Assembly (NCBI RefSeq): GCF_009914755.1
Contig: NC_060925.1
DNA: 64,000 nucleotides
Reading direction: 5' to 3' (one strand)
Origin: the human T2T-CHM13v2.0 reference genome, Homo sapiens
Shown here: in pieces, positions 40,801-54,900 of the stretch
How positions within the stretch are numbered: the stretch's first letter is position 1
How the letters are laid out: every line of letters starts with the position of its first letter
Notes under the pieces: model-generated
Told to the model about the DNA's origin: nothing
The model's input: only the letters and a program-made list of their open reading frames with translations
Databases searched by the model: none
Program-made: the position numbers and the translations under genes

Positions 40801-41052
40801 ATGCCAACATCACAAAGAAGTTCTGGGAATGTTTCTCTTCAGTTATGTGAGTTTTATCCCGTTTCCAACGAAATTCTCAGAGAAGTACAAATATCCACTT
40901 GCATATTCTACATAAAGTGTGTTTTGAAAGTGCTCCATCAAAAGATATGCTCAGCTCTGTGAGTTAAACTCAATCATCACAAAGAATTTTCTGAGAATGC
41001 TTCTGTCTTGTTTTAGGATGAAGTTATTTCCTTTACGACGATAGGCCTCAAA
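25820..41052. repeat. Block of two alternating HOR haplotypes (A B A B A A B A; copies 15-22), 3732-bp super-period
   Basis: A markers: tttaatgag, caacgagg, acaatgctt, gagattgct, tgttagaaaatga, ggcaac. B markers: aactaccag, ttgagctc, ctccgtgac, gcttgaaaa, cgaacgaa. Confidence 0.88.
29159..29175 (-). promoter_or_regulatory. Polymorphic CENP-B box at HOR offset 1169 (W2-like monomer), first intact instance
   Basis: + strand acccgtttcgaacgaag = CTTCGTTCGAAACGGGT, core intact. It reads ...cgaacaaa (core broken) in copies 1-15, 17, 19, 20, 22 and 23. Confidence 0.8.
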
Positions 41053-42918
41053 GAGGTCCAAATCTCCACTTGCAGATTCTGCAGAAGGAGTGTTTCAAAC
41101 CTGAACTATCAGAGAAAGGTTCAACACTGTGAGTTGAATGCAAGCATCACGAAGAAGGTTCTGAGAATGCTTCTGTTTAGATAGGTGAGTTTTCTCCCGT
41201 ATCCAACGAAATCCTCAGAGAGGTCCAAATATCCACTTGCAGATTCTACAGAAAGTGTGTTTTGAAACTGCTCCATCCAAAGGAATGTTCAGCTCTGTGA
41301 GTTGAACTCAATCGTCACAAAGTGTTTCCTGGGAATGCTACTGTCTAGTTTTTATGGGCAGTTATATCCTCTGCTGCCATAGGCCTCAAAGCGGTCCAAA
41401 TCTCCCCTTTCAGATTCTACCAAAAGTGTGTTTCCAAACGGCTCTATCAAAGGGAATGTTCAACTCTGTGACTTGAATGCAATCATCACAAAGCAGTTTC
41501 TGAGAATGCTTCCATGTAGCTTTTATGAGCAGATATTTCCTTTTCCACCCCAGGCCTCGAAGCCCTCCAAATGTCCCCTTGCAGATGCTAGAAAGAGAGG
41601 GTTTCAAAGCTGCTCTATCAAAAGGAAAGTACAACTCTGTGAGTTGAATGCAAACATCACAAAGAAGTTCCTGAGCATGCTTCCGTTTAGCTTTTATGGG
41701 AAGATTATCCCTTTTCCATCGAAATGTTCAAAGAGGTCCACATATCCGCTTGCAGATTCCACCGAAAGAGTGTTTCCAAACTGCTGTATCAAAAGGAATC
41801 TTCAACTCCGTGAGTTGAATGCAATCATCACAAAGAAGTTTCTGACAACGCTTCTCTCTAGTTTTTATGTGAAGATATTTCCTTTTCCACCACAGGCCTG
41901 AAAGCGCTCCAAATGTCCACTTGGAGACTCTACGAAAAGAATGTTTCAAAACTGCTCTATGAAAAGCAATGTTATACTCTGGGAGTTGAACACAAGCCTC
42001 ACAAAGGAGTTTCTGAGAATGCTTCTGTTTACTTTTTACGTGAAGATATTCCCGTTTCCAAAGAAATCTTCAGAGACTTCCACCTATCCATTTGCAGATG
42101 CTAGAAAAAGAGAGTTTCAAAACTGCTCTATCAAAAGGAATGTTCAACTCTGTGAGTTGAATGCAGTCATCACAGAGAAGTTTCTGAGAAGGCTTCTGTC
42201 TAGATTTTATGTGAAGATATACCCGTTTCGAACAAACGCCACAAAGTGCTCCAAATATCCACTTGCAGGTCCTCCAACAAGAGTGTTTCAAACGTGAACT
42301 ATCAAAGGAAGGTTCAACTCTGGACTTTGAATGCAAACGTCAGAAAGATGTTTCTGCGAAAGCTTCTGTTTAGTTAGGTGACGTTATCCCGTTTCCAACG
42401 AAATCCTCAGAGAGGTCCAAATATCCACCTGCAGATTCTGCAAAAAGTGTGTTTCCAAACTGCTCCACCCAAAGGCATGTTCAGCTCTGTGAGTTAAACT
42501 CAATCATCACAAAGTATTTTCTGAGAATGCTTCTGTCCAGTTTTTACATGAAGCTGTTTCCTTTACTACCGTAGGCCTCAAAGCGTTCCAAATCTCCACT
42601 TGCAGATACTACGAAAAGAGCGTTTCAACCTGAACTCACAAGGGAAGGTTCAACTCTGTCAGTTGAATGCCAACATCACAAAGAAGTTCTGGGAATGTTT
42701 CTCTTCAGTTATGTGAGTTTTATCCCGTTTCCAACGAAATTCTCAGAGAAGTACAAATATCCACTTGCATATTCTACAAAAAGTGTGTTTTGAAAGTGCT
42801 CCATCAAAAGATATGCTCACCTCTGTGAGTTAAACTCAATCATCACAAAGAATTTTCTGAGAATGCTTCTGTCTTGTTTTAGGATGAAGTTATTTCCTTT
42901 ACGACGATAGGCCTCAAA

Positions 42919-45900
42919 GAGGTCCAAATCTCCACTTGCAGATTCTGCAGAAGGAGTGTTTCAAACCTGAACTATCAGAGAAAGGTTCAACACTGTGAGT
43001 TGAATGCAAGCATCACGAAGAAGGTTCTGAGAATGCTTCTGTTTAGATAGGTGAGTTTTCTCCCGTATCCAACGAAATCCTCAGAGAGGTCCAAATATCC
43101 ACTTGCAGATTCTACAGAAAGTGTGTTTTGAAACTGCTCCATCCAAAGGAATGTTCAGCTCTGTGAGTTGAACTCAATCGTCACAAAGTGTTTCCTGGGA
43201 ATGCTACTGTCTAGTTTTTATGGGCAGTTATATCCTCTGCTGCCATAGGCCTCAAAGCGGTCCAAATCTCCCCTTTCAGATTCTACCAAAAGTGTGTTTC
43301 CAAACGGCTCTATCAAAGGGAATGTTCAACTCTGTGACTTGAATGCAATCATCACAAAGCAGTTTCTGAGAATGCTTCCATGTAGCTTTTATGAGCAGAT
43401 ATTTCCTTTTCCACCCCAGGCCTCGAAGCCCTCCAAATGTCCCCTTGCAGATGCTAGAAAGAGAGGGTTTCAAAGCTGCTCTATCAAAAGGAAAGTACAA
43501 CTCTGTGAGTTGAATGCAAACATCACAAAGAAGTTCCTGAGCATGCTTCCGTTTAGCTTTTATGGGAAGATTATCCCTTTTCCATCGAAATGTTCAAAGA
43601 GGTCCACATATCCGCTTGCAGATTCCACCGAAAGAGTGTTTCCAAACTGCTGTATCAAAAGGAATCTTCAACTCCGTGAGTTGAATGCAATCATCACAAA
43701 GAAGTTTCTGACAACGCTTCTCTCTAGTTTTTATGTGAAGATATTTCCTTTTCCACCACAGGCCTGAAAGCGCTCCAAATGTCCACTTGGAGACTCTACG
43801 AAAAGAATGTTTCAAAACTGCTCTATGAAAAGCAATGTTATACTCTGGGAGTTGAACACAAGCCTCACAAAGGAGTTTCTGAGAATGCTTCTGTTTACTT
43901 TTTACGTGAAGATATTCCCGTTTCCAAAGAAATCTTCACAGACTTCCACCTATCCATTTGCAGATGCTAGAAAAAGAGAGTTTCAAAACTGCTCTATCAA
44001 AAGGAATGTTCAACTCTGTGAGTTGAATGCAGTCATCACAGAGAAGTTTCTGAGAAGGCTTCTGTCTAGAGTTTATGTGAAGATATACCCGTTTCGAACG
44101 AAGGCCACAAAGTGCTCCAAATATCCACTTGCAGGTCCTCCAACAAGAGTGTTTCAAACGTGAACTATCAAAGGAAGGTTCAACTCTGGACTTTGAATGC
44201 AAACGTCAGAAAGATGTTTCTGCGAAAGCTTCTGTTTAGTTAGGTGACGTTATCCCGTTTCCAACGAAATCCTCAGAGAGGTCCAAATATCCACCTGCAG
44301 ATTCTGCAAAAAGTGTGTTTCCAAACTGCTCCACCCAAAGGCATGTTCAGCTCTGTGAGTTAAACTCAATCATCACAAAGTATTTTCTGAGAATGCTTCT
44401 GTCCAGTTTTTACATGAAGCTGTTTCCTTTACTACCGTAGGCCTCAAAGCGTTCCAAATCTCCACTTGCAGATACTACGAAAAGGGCGTTTCAACCTGAA
44501 CTCACAAGGGAAGGTTCAACTCTGAGAGTTGAATGCCAACATCACAAAGAAGTTCTGGGAATGTTTCTCTTCAGTTATGTGAGTTTTATCCCGTTTCCAA
44601 CGAAATTCTCAGAGAAGTACAAATATCCACTTGCATATTCTACAAAAAGTGTGTTTTGAAAGTGCTCCATCAAAAGATATGCTCAGCTCTGTGAGTTAAA
44701 CTCAATCATCACAAAGAATTTTCTGAGAATGCTTCTGTCTTGTTTTAGGATGAAGTTATTTCCTTTACGACGATAGGCCTCAAAGAGGTCCAAATCTCCA
44801 CTTGCAGATTCTGCAGAAGGAGTGTTTCAAACCTGAACTATCAGAGAAAGGTTCAACACTGTGAGTTGAATGCAAGCATCACGAAGAAGGTTCTGAGAAT
44901 GCTTCTGTTTAGATAGGTGAGTTTTCTCCCGTATCCAACGAAATCCTCAGAGAGGTCCAAATATCCACTTGCAGATTCTACAGAAAGTGTGTTTTGAAAC
45001 TGCTCCATCCAAAGGAATGTTGAGCTCTGTGAGTTGAACTCAATCGTCACAAAGTGTTTCCTGGGAATGCTACTGTCTAGTTTTTATGGGCAGTTATATC
45101 CTCTGCTGCCATAGGCCTCAAAGCGGTCCAAATCTCCCCTTTCAGATTCTACCAAAAGTGTGTTTCCAAACGGCTCTATCAAAGGGAATGTTCAACTCTG
45201 TGACTTGAATGCAATCATCACAAAGCAGTTTCTGAGAATGCTTCCATGTAGCTTTTATGAGCAGATATTTCCTTTTCCACCCCAGGCCTCGAAGCCCTCC
45301 AAATGTCCCCTTGCAGATGCTAGAAAGAGAGGGTTTCAAAGCTGCTCTATCAAAAGGAAAGTACAACTCTGTGAGTTGAATGCAAACATCACAAAGAAGT
45401 TCCTGAGCATGCTTCCGTTTAGCTCTTATGGGAAGATTATCCCTTTTCCATCGAAATGTTCAAAGAGGTCCACATATCCGCTTGCAGATTCCACCGAAAG
45501 AGTGTTTCCAAACTGCTGTATCAAAAGGAATCTTCAACTCCGTGAGTTGAATGCAATCATCACAAAGAAGTCTCTGACAACGCTTCTCTCTAGTTTTTAT
45601 GTGAAGATATTTCCTTTTCCACCACAGGCCTGAAAGCGCTCCAAATGTCCACTTGGAGACTCTACGAAAAGAATGTTTCAAAACTGCTCTATGAAAAGCA
45701 ATGTTATACTCTGGGAGTTGAACACAAGCCTCACAAAGGAGTTTCTGAGAATGCTTCTGTTTACTTTTTACGTGAAGATATTCCCGTTTCCAAAGAAATC
45801 TTCACAGACTTCCACCTATCCATTTGCAGATGCTAGAAAAAGAGAGTTTCAAAACTGCTCTATCAAAAGGAATGTTCAACTCTGTGAGTTGAATGCAGTC

Positions 45901-48900
45901 ATCACAGAGAAGTTTCTGAGAAGGCTTCTGTCTAGATTTTATGTGAAGATATACCCGTTTCGAACGAAGGCCACAAAGTGCTCCAAATATCCACTTGCAG
46001 GTCCTCCAACAAGAGTGTTTCAAACGTGAACTATCAAAGGAAGGTTCAACTCTGGACTTTGAATGCAAACGTCAGAAAGATGTTTCTGCGAAAGCTTCTG
46101 TTTAGTTAGGTGACGTTATCCCGTTTCCAACGAAATCCTCAGAGAGGTCCAAATATCCACCTGCAGATTCTGCAAAAAGTGTGTTTCCAAACTGCTCCAC
46201 CCAAAGGCATGTTCAGCTCTGTGAGTTAAACTCAATCATCACAAAGTATTTTCTGAGAATGCTTCTGTCCAGTTTTTACATGAAGCTGTTTCCTTTACTA
46301 CCGTAGGCCTCAAAGCGTTCCAAATCTCCACTTGCAGATACTACGAAAAGAGCGTTTCAACCTGAACTCACAAGGGAAGGTTCAACTCTGTCAGTTGAAT
46401 GCCAACATCACAAAGAAGTTCTGGGAATGTTTCTCTTCAGTTATGTGAGTTTTATCCCGTTTCCAACGAAATTCTCAGAGAAGTACAAATATCCACTTGC
46501 ATATTCTACAAAAAGTGTGTTTTGAAAGTGCTCCATCAAAAGATATGCTCAGCTCTGTGAGTTAAACTCAATCATCACAAAGAATTTTCTGAGAATGCTT
46601 CTGTCTTGTTTTAGGATGAAGTTATTTCCTTTACGACGATAGGCCTCAAAGAGGTCCAAATCTCCACTTGCAGATTCTGCAGAAGGAGTGTTTCAAACCT
46701 GAACTATCAGAGAAAGGTTCAACACTGTGAGTTGAATGCAAGCATCACGAAGAAGGTTCTGAGAATGCTTCTGTTTAGATAGGTGAGTTTTCTCCCGTAT
46801 CCAACGAAATCCTCAGAGAGGTCCAAATATCCACTTGCAGATTCTACAGAAAGTGTGTTTTGAAACTGCTCCATCCAAAGGAATGTTGAGCTCTGTGAGT
46901 TGAACTCAATCGTCACAAAGTGTTTCCTGGGAATGCTACTGTCTAGTTTTTATGGGCAGTTATATCCTCTGCTGCCATAGGCCTCAAAGCGGTCCAAATC
47001 TCCCCTTTCAGATTCTACCAAAAGTGTGTTTCCAAACGGCTCTATCAAAGGGAATGTTCAACTCTGTGACTTGAATGCAATCATCACAAAGCAGTTTCTG
47101 AGAATGCTTCCATGTAGCTTTTATGAGCAGATATTTCCTTTTCCACCCCAGGCCTCGAAGCCCTCCAAATGTCCCCTTGCAGATGCTAGAAAGAGAGGGT
47201 TTCAAAGCTGCTCTATCAAAAGGAAAGTACAACTCTGTGAGTTGAATGCAAACATCACAAAGAAGTTCCTGAGCATGCTTCCGTTTAGCTCTTATGGGAA
47301 GATTATCCCTTTTCAATCGAAATGTTCAAAGAGGTCCACATATCCGCTTGCAGATTCCACCGAAAGAGTGTTTCCAAACTGCTGTATCAAAAGGAATCTT
47401 CAACTCCGTGAGTTGAATGCAATCATCACAAAGAAGTCTCTGACAACGCTTCTCTCTAGTTTTTATGTGAAGATATTTCCTTTTCCACCACAGGCCTGAA
47501 AGCGCTCCAAATGTCCACTTGGAGACTCTACGAAAAGAATGTTTCAAAACTGCTCTATGAAAAGCAATGTTATACTCTGGGAGTTGAACACAAGCCTCAC
47601 AAAGGAGTTTCTGAGAATGCTTCTGTTTACTTTTTACGTGAAGATATTCCCGTTTCCAAAGAAATCTTCACAGACTTCCACCTATCCATTTGCAGATGCT
47701 AGAAAAAGAGAGTTTCAAAACTGCTCTATCAAAAGGAATGTTCAACTCTGTGAGTTGAATGCAGTCATCACAGAGAAGTTTCTGAGAAGGCTTCTGTCTA
47801 GATTTTATGTGAAGATATACCCGTTTCGAACGAAGGCCACAAAGTGCTCCAAATATCCACTTGCAGGTCCTCCAACAAGAGTGTTTCAAACGTGAACTAT
47901 CAAAGGAAGGTTCAACTCTGGACTTTGAATGCAAACGTCAGAAAGATGTTTCTGCGAAAGCTTCTGTTTAGTTAGGTGACGTTATCCCGTTTCCAACGAA
48001 ATCCTCAGAGAGGTCCAAATATCCACCTGCAGATTCTGCAAAAAGTGTGTTTCCAAACTGCTCCACCCAAAGGCATGTTCAGCTCTGTGAGTTAAACTCA
48101 ATCATCACAAAGTATTTTCTGAGAATGCTTCTGTCCAGTTTTTACATGAAGCTGTTTCCTTTACTACCGTAGGCCTCAAAGCGTTCCAAATCTCCACTTG
48201 CAGATACTACGAAAAGAGCGTTTCAACCTGAACTCACAAGGGAAGGTTCAACTCTGTCAGTTGAATGCCAACATCACAAAGAAGTTCTGGGAATGTTTCT
48301 CTTCAGTTATGTGAGTTTTATCCCGTTTCCAACGAAATTCTCAGAGAAGTACAAATATCCACTTGCATATTCTACAAAAAGTGTGTTTTGAAAGTGCTCC
48401 ATCAAAAGATATGCTCAGCTCTGTGAGTTAAACTCAATCATCACAAAGAATTTTCTGAGAATGCTTCTGTCTTGTTTTAGGATGAAGTTATTTCCTTTAC
48501 GACGATAGGCCTCAAAGAGGTCCAAATCTCCACTTGCAGATTCTGCAGAAGGAGTGTTTCAAACCTGAACTATCAGAGAAAGGTTCAACACTGTGAGTTG
48601 AATGCAAGCATCACGAAGAAGGTTCTGAGAATGCTTCTGTTTAGATAGGTGAGTTTTCTCCCGTATCCAACGAAATCCTCAGAGAGGTCCAAATATCCAC
48701 TTGCAGATTCTACAGAAAGTGTGTTTTGAAACTGCTCCATCCAAAGGAATGTTCAGCTCTGTGAGTTGAACTCAATCGTCACAAAGTGTTTCCTGGGAAT
48801 GCTACTGTCTAGTTTTTATGGGCAGTTATATCCTCTGCTGCCATAGGCCTCAAAGCGGTCCAAATCTCCCCTTTCAGATTCTACCAAAAGTGTGTTTCCA

Positions 48901-51900
48901 AACGGCTCTATCAAAGGGAATGTTCAACTCTGTGACTTGAATGCAATCATCACAAAGCAGTTTCTGAGAATGCTTCCATGTAGCTTTTATGAGCAGATAT
49001 TTCCTTTTCCACCCCAGGCCTCGAAGCCCTCCAAATGTCCCCTTGCAGATGCTAGAAAGAGAGGGTTTCAAAGCTGCTCTATCAAAAGGAAAGTACAACT
49101 CTGTGAGTTGAATGCAAACATCACAAAGAAGTTCCTGAGCATGCTTCCGTTTAGCTCTTATGGGAAGATTATCCCTTTTCCATCGAAATGTTCAAAGAGG
49201 TCCACATATCCGCTTGCAGATTCCACCGAAAGAGTGTTTCCAAACTGCTGTATCAAAAGGAATCTTCAACTCCGTGAGTTGAATGCAATCATCACAAAGA
49301 AGTCTCTGACAACGCTTCTCTCTAGTTTTTATGTGAAGATATTTCCTTTTCCACCACAGGCCTGAAAGCGCTCCAAATGTCCACTTGGAGACTCTACGAA
49401 AAGAATGTTTCAAAACTGCTCTATGAAAAGCAATGTTATACTCTGGGAGTTGAACACAAGCCTCACAAAGGAGTTTCTGAGAATGCTTCTGTTTACTTTT
49501 TACGTGAAGATATTCCCGTTTCCAAAGAAATCTTCACAGACTTCCACCTATCCATTTGCAGATGCTAGAAAAAGAGAGTTTCAAAACTGCTCTATCAAAA
49601 GGAATGTTCAACTCTGTGAGTTGAATGCAGTCATCACAGAGAAGTTTCTGAGAAGGCTTCTGTCTAGATTTTATGTGAAGATATACCCGTTTCGAACGAA
49701 GGCCACAAAGTGCTCCAAATATCCACTTGCAGGTCCTCCAACAAGAGTGTTTCAAACGTGAACTATCAAAGGAAGGTTCAACTCTGGACTTTGAATGCAA
49801 ACGTCAGAAAGATGTTTCTGCGAAAGCTTCTGTTTAGTTAGGTGACGTTATCCCGTTTCCAACGAAATCCTCAGAGAGGTCCAAATATCCACCTGCAGAT
49901 TCTGCAAAAAGTGTGTTTCCAAACTGCTCCACCCAAAGGCATGTTCAGCTCTGTGAGTTAAACTCAATCATCACAAAGTATTTTCTGAGAATGCTTCTGT
50001 CCAGTTTTTACATGAAGCTGTTTCCTTTACTACCGTAGGCCTCAAAGCGTTCCAAATCTCCACTTGCAGATACTACGAAAAGAGCGTTTCAACCTGAACT
50101 CACAAGGGAAGGTTCAACTCTGTCAGTTGAATGCCAACATCACAAAGAAGTTCTGGGAATGTTTCTCTTCAGTTATGTGAGTTTTATCCCGTTTCCAACG
50201 AAATTCTCAGAGAAGTACAAATATCCACTTGCATATTCTACAAAAAGTGTGTTTTGAAAGTGCTCCATCAAAAGATATGCTCAGCTCTGTGAGTTAAACT
50301 CAATCATCACAAAGAATTTTCTGAGAATGCTTCTGTCTTGTTTTAGGATGAAGTTATTTCCTTTACGACGATAGGCCTCAAAGAGGTCCAAATCTCCACT
50401 TGCAGATTCTGCAGAAGGAGTGTTTCAAACCTGAACTATCAGAGAAAGGTTCAACACTGTGAGTTGAATGCAAGCATCACGAAGAAGGTTCTGAGAATGC
50501 TTCTGTTTAGATAGGTGAGTTTTCTCCCGTATCCAACGAAATCCTCAGAGAGGTCCAAATATCCACTTGCAGATTCTACAGAAAGTGTGTTTTGAAACTG
50601 CTCCATCCAAAGGAATGTTCAGCTCTGTGAGTTGAACTCAATCGTCACAAAGTGTTTCCTGGGAATGCTACTGTCTAGTTTTTATGGGCAGTTATATCCT
50701 CTGCTGCCATAGGCCTCAAAGCGGTCCAAATCTCCCCTTTCAGATTCTACCAAAAGTGTGTTTCCAAACGGCTCTATCAAAGGGAATGTTCAACTCTGTG
50801 ACTTGAATGCAATCATCACAAAGCAGTTTCTGAGAATGCTTCCATGTAGCTTTTATGAGCAGATATTTCCTTTTCCACCCCAGGCCTCGAAGCCCTCCAA
50901 ATGTCCCCTTGCAGATGCTAGAAAGAGAGGGTTTCAAAGCTGCTCTATCAAAAGGAAAGTACAACTCTGTGAGTTGAATGCAAACATCACAAAGAAGTTC
51001 CTGAGCATGCTTCCGTTTAGCTCTTATGGGAAGATTATCCCTTTTCCATCGAAATGTTCAAAGAGGTCCACATATCCGCTTGCAGATTCCACCGAAAGAG
51101 TGTTTCCAAACTGCTGTATCAAAAGGAATCTTCAACTCCGTGAGTTGAATGCAATCATCACAAAGAAGTTTCTGACAACGCTTCTCTCTAGTTTTTATGT
51201 GAAGATATTTCCTTTTCCACCACAGGCCTGAAAGCGCTCCAAATGTCCACTTGGAGACTCTACGAAAAGAATGTTTCAAAACTGCTCTATGAAAAGCAAT
51301 GTTATACTCTGGGAGTTGAACACAAGCCTCACAAAGGAGTTTCTGAGAATGCTTCTGTTTACTTTTTACGTGAAGATATTCCCGTTTCCAAAGAAATCTT
51401 CACAGACTTCCACCTATCCATTTGCAGATGCTTGAAAAAGAGAGTTTCAAAACTGCTCTATCAAAAGGAATGTTCAACTCTGTGAGTTGAATGCAGTCAT
51501 CACAGAGAAGTTTCTGAGAAGGCTTCTGTCTAGATTTTATGTGAAGATATACCCGTTTCGAACGAAGGCCACAAAGTGCTCCAAATATCCACTTGCAGGT
51601 CCTCCAACAAGAGTGTTTCAAACGTGAACTATCAAAGGAAGGTTCAACTCTGGACTTTGAATGCAAACGTCAGAAAGATGTTTCTGCGAAAGCTTCTGTT
51701 TAGTTAGGTGACGTTATCCCGTTTCCAACGAAATCCTCAGAGAGGTCCAAATATCCACCTGCAGATTCTGCAAAAAGTGTGTTTCCAAACTGCTCCACCC
51801 AAAGGCATGTTCAGCTCTGTGAGTTAAACTCAATCATCACAAAGTATTTTCTGAGAATGCTTCTGTCCAGTTTTTACATGAAGCTGTTTCCTTTACTACC

Positions 51901-54900
51901 GTAGGCCTCAAAGCGTTCCAAATCTCCACTTGCAGATACTACGAAAAGGGCGTTTCAACCTGAACTCACAAGGGAAGGTTCAACTCTGAGAGTTGAATGC
52001 CAACATCACAAAGAAGTTCTGGGAATGTTTCTCTTCAGTTATGTGAGTTTTATCCCGTTTCCAACGAAATTCTCAGAGAAGTACAAATATCCACTTGCAT
52101 ATTCTACAAAAAGTGTGTTTTGAAAGTGCTCCATCAAAAGATATGCTCAGCTCTGTGAGTTAAACTCAATCATCACAAAGAATTTTCTGAGAATGCTTCT
52201 GTCTTGTTTTAGGATGAAGTTATTTCCTTTACGACGATAGGCCTCAAAGAGGTCCAAATCTCCACTTGCAGATTCTGCAGAAGGAGTGTTTCAAACCTGA
52301 ACTATCAGAGAAAGGTTCAACACTGTGAGTTGAATGCAAGCATCACGAAGAAGGTTCTGAGAATGCTTCTGTTTAGATAGGTGAGTTTTCTCCCGTATCC
52401 AACGAAATCCTCAGAGAGGTCCAAATATCCACTTGCAGATTCTACAGAAAGTGTGTTTTGAAACTGCTCCATCCAAAGGAATGTTCAGCTCTGTGAGTTG
52501 AACTCAATCGTCACAAAGTGTTTCCTGGGAATGCTACTGTCTAGTTTTTATGGGCAGTTATATCCTCTGCTGCCATAGGCCTCAAAGCGGTCCAAATCTC
52601 CCCTTTCAGATTCTACCAAAAGTGTGTTTCCAAACGGCTCTATCAAAGGGAATGTTCAACTCTGTGACTTGAATGCAATCATCACAAAGCAGTTTCTGAG
52701 AATGCTTCCATGTAGCTTTTATGAGCAGATATTTCCTTTTCCACCCCAGGCCTCGAAGCCCTCCAAATGTCCCCTTGCAGATGCTAGAAAGAGAGGGTTT
52801 CAAAGCTGCTCTATCAAAAGGAAAGTACAACTCTGTGAGTTGAATGCAAACATCACAAAGAAGTTCCTGAGAATGCTTCCGTTTAGCTCTTATGGGAAGA
52901 TTATCCCTTTTCCATCGAAATGTTCAAAGAGGTCCACATATCCGCTTGCAGATTCCACCGAAAGAGTGTTTCCAAACTGCTGTATCAAAAGGAATCTTCA
53001 ACTCCGTGAGTTGAATGCAATCATCACAAAGAAGTTTCTGACAACGCTTCTCTCTAGTTTTTATGTGAAGATATTTCCTTTTCCGCCACAGGCCTGAAAG
53101 CGCTCCAAATGTCCACTTGGAGACTCTACGAAAAGAATGTTTCAAAACTGCTCTATGAAAAGCAATGTTATACTCTGGGAGTTGAACACAAGCCTCACAA
53201 AGGAGTTTCTGAGAATGCTTCTGTTTACTTTTTACGTGAAGATATTCCCGTTTCCAAAGAAATCTTCACAGACTTCCACCTATCCATTTGCAGATGCTAG
53301 AAAAAGAGAGTTTCAAAACTGCTCTATCAAAAGGAATGTTCAACTCTGTGAGTTGAATGCAGTCATCACAGAGAAGTTTCTGAGAAGGCTTCTGTCTAGA
53401 TTTTATGTGAAGATATACCCGTTTCGAACGAAGGCCACAAAGTGCTCCAAATATCCACTTGCAGGTCCTCCAACAAGAGTGTTTCAAACGTGAACTATCA
53501 AAGGAAGGTTCAACTCTGGACTTTGAATGCAAACGTCAGAAAGATGTTTCTGCGAAAGCTTCTGTTTAGTTAGGTGACGTTATCCCGTTTCCAACGAAAT
53601 CCTCAGAGAGGTCCAAATATCCACCTGCAGATTCTGCAAAAAGTGTGTTTCCAAACTGCTCCACCCAAAGGCATGTTCAGCTCTGTGAGTTAAACTCAAT
53701 CATCACAAAGTATTTTCTGAGAATGCTTCTGTCCAGTTTTTACATGAAGCTGTTTCCTTTACTACCGTAGGCCTCAAAGCGTTCCAAATCTCCACTTGCA
53801 GATACTACGAAAAGGGCGTTTCAACCTGAACTCACAAGGGAAGGTTCAACTCTGAGAGTTGAATGCCAACATCACAAAGAAGTTCTGGGAATGTTTCTCT
53901 TCAGTTATGTGAGTTTTATCCCGTTTCCAACGAAATTCTCAGAGAAGTACAAATATCCACTTGCATATTCTACAAAAAGTGTGTTTTGAAAGTGCTCCAT
54001 CAAAAGATATGCTCAGCTCTGTGAGTTAAACTCAATCATCACAAAGAATTTTCTGAGAATGCTTCTGTCTTGTTTTAGGATGAAGTTATTTCCTTTACGA
54101 CGATAGGCCTCAAAGAGGTCCAAATCTCCACTTGCAGATTCTGCAGAAGGAGTGTTTCAAACCTGAACTATCAGAGAAAGGTTCAACACTGTGAGTTGAA
54201 TGCAAGCATCACGAAGAAGGTTCTGAGAATGCTTCTGTTTAGATAGGTGAGTTTTCTCCCGTATCCAACGAAATCCTCAGAGAGGTCCAAATATCCACTT
54301 GCAGATTCTACAGAAAGTGTGTTTTGAAACTGCTCCATCCAAAGGAATGTTCAGCTCTGTGAGTTGAACTCAATCGTCACAAAGTGTTTCCTGGGAATGC
54401 TACTGTCTAGTTTTTATGGGCAGTTATATCCTCTGCTGCCATAGGCCTCAAAGCGGTCCAAATCTCCCCTTTCAGATTCTACCAAAAGTGTGTTTCCAAA
54501 CGGCTCTATCAAAGGGAATGTTCAACTCTGTGACTTGAATGCAATCATCACAAAGCAGTTTCTGAGAATGCTTCCATGTAGCTTTTATGAGCAGATATTT
54601 CCTTTTCCACCCCAGGCCTCGAAGCCCTCCAAATGTCCCCTTGCAGATGCTAGAAAGAGAGGGTTTCAAAGCTGCTCTATCAAAAGGAAAGTACAACTCT
54701 GTGAGTTGAATGCAAACATCACAAAGAAGTTCCTGAGAATGCTTCCGTTTAGCTCTTATGGGAAGATTATCCCTTTTCCATCGAAATGTTCAAAGAGGTC
54801 CACATATCCGCTTGCAGATTCCACCGAAAGAGTGTTTCCAAACTGCTGTATCAAAAGGAATCTTCAACTCCGTGAGTTGAATGCAATCATCACAAAGAAG

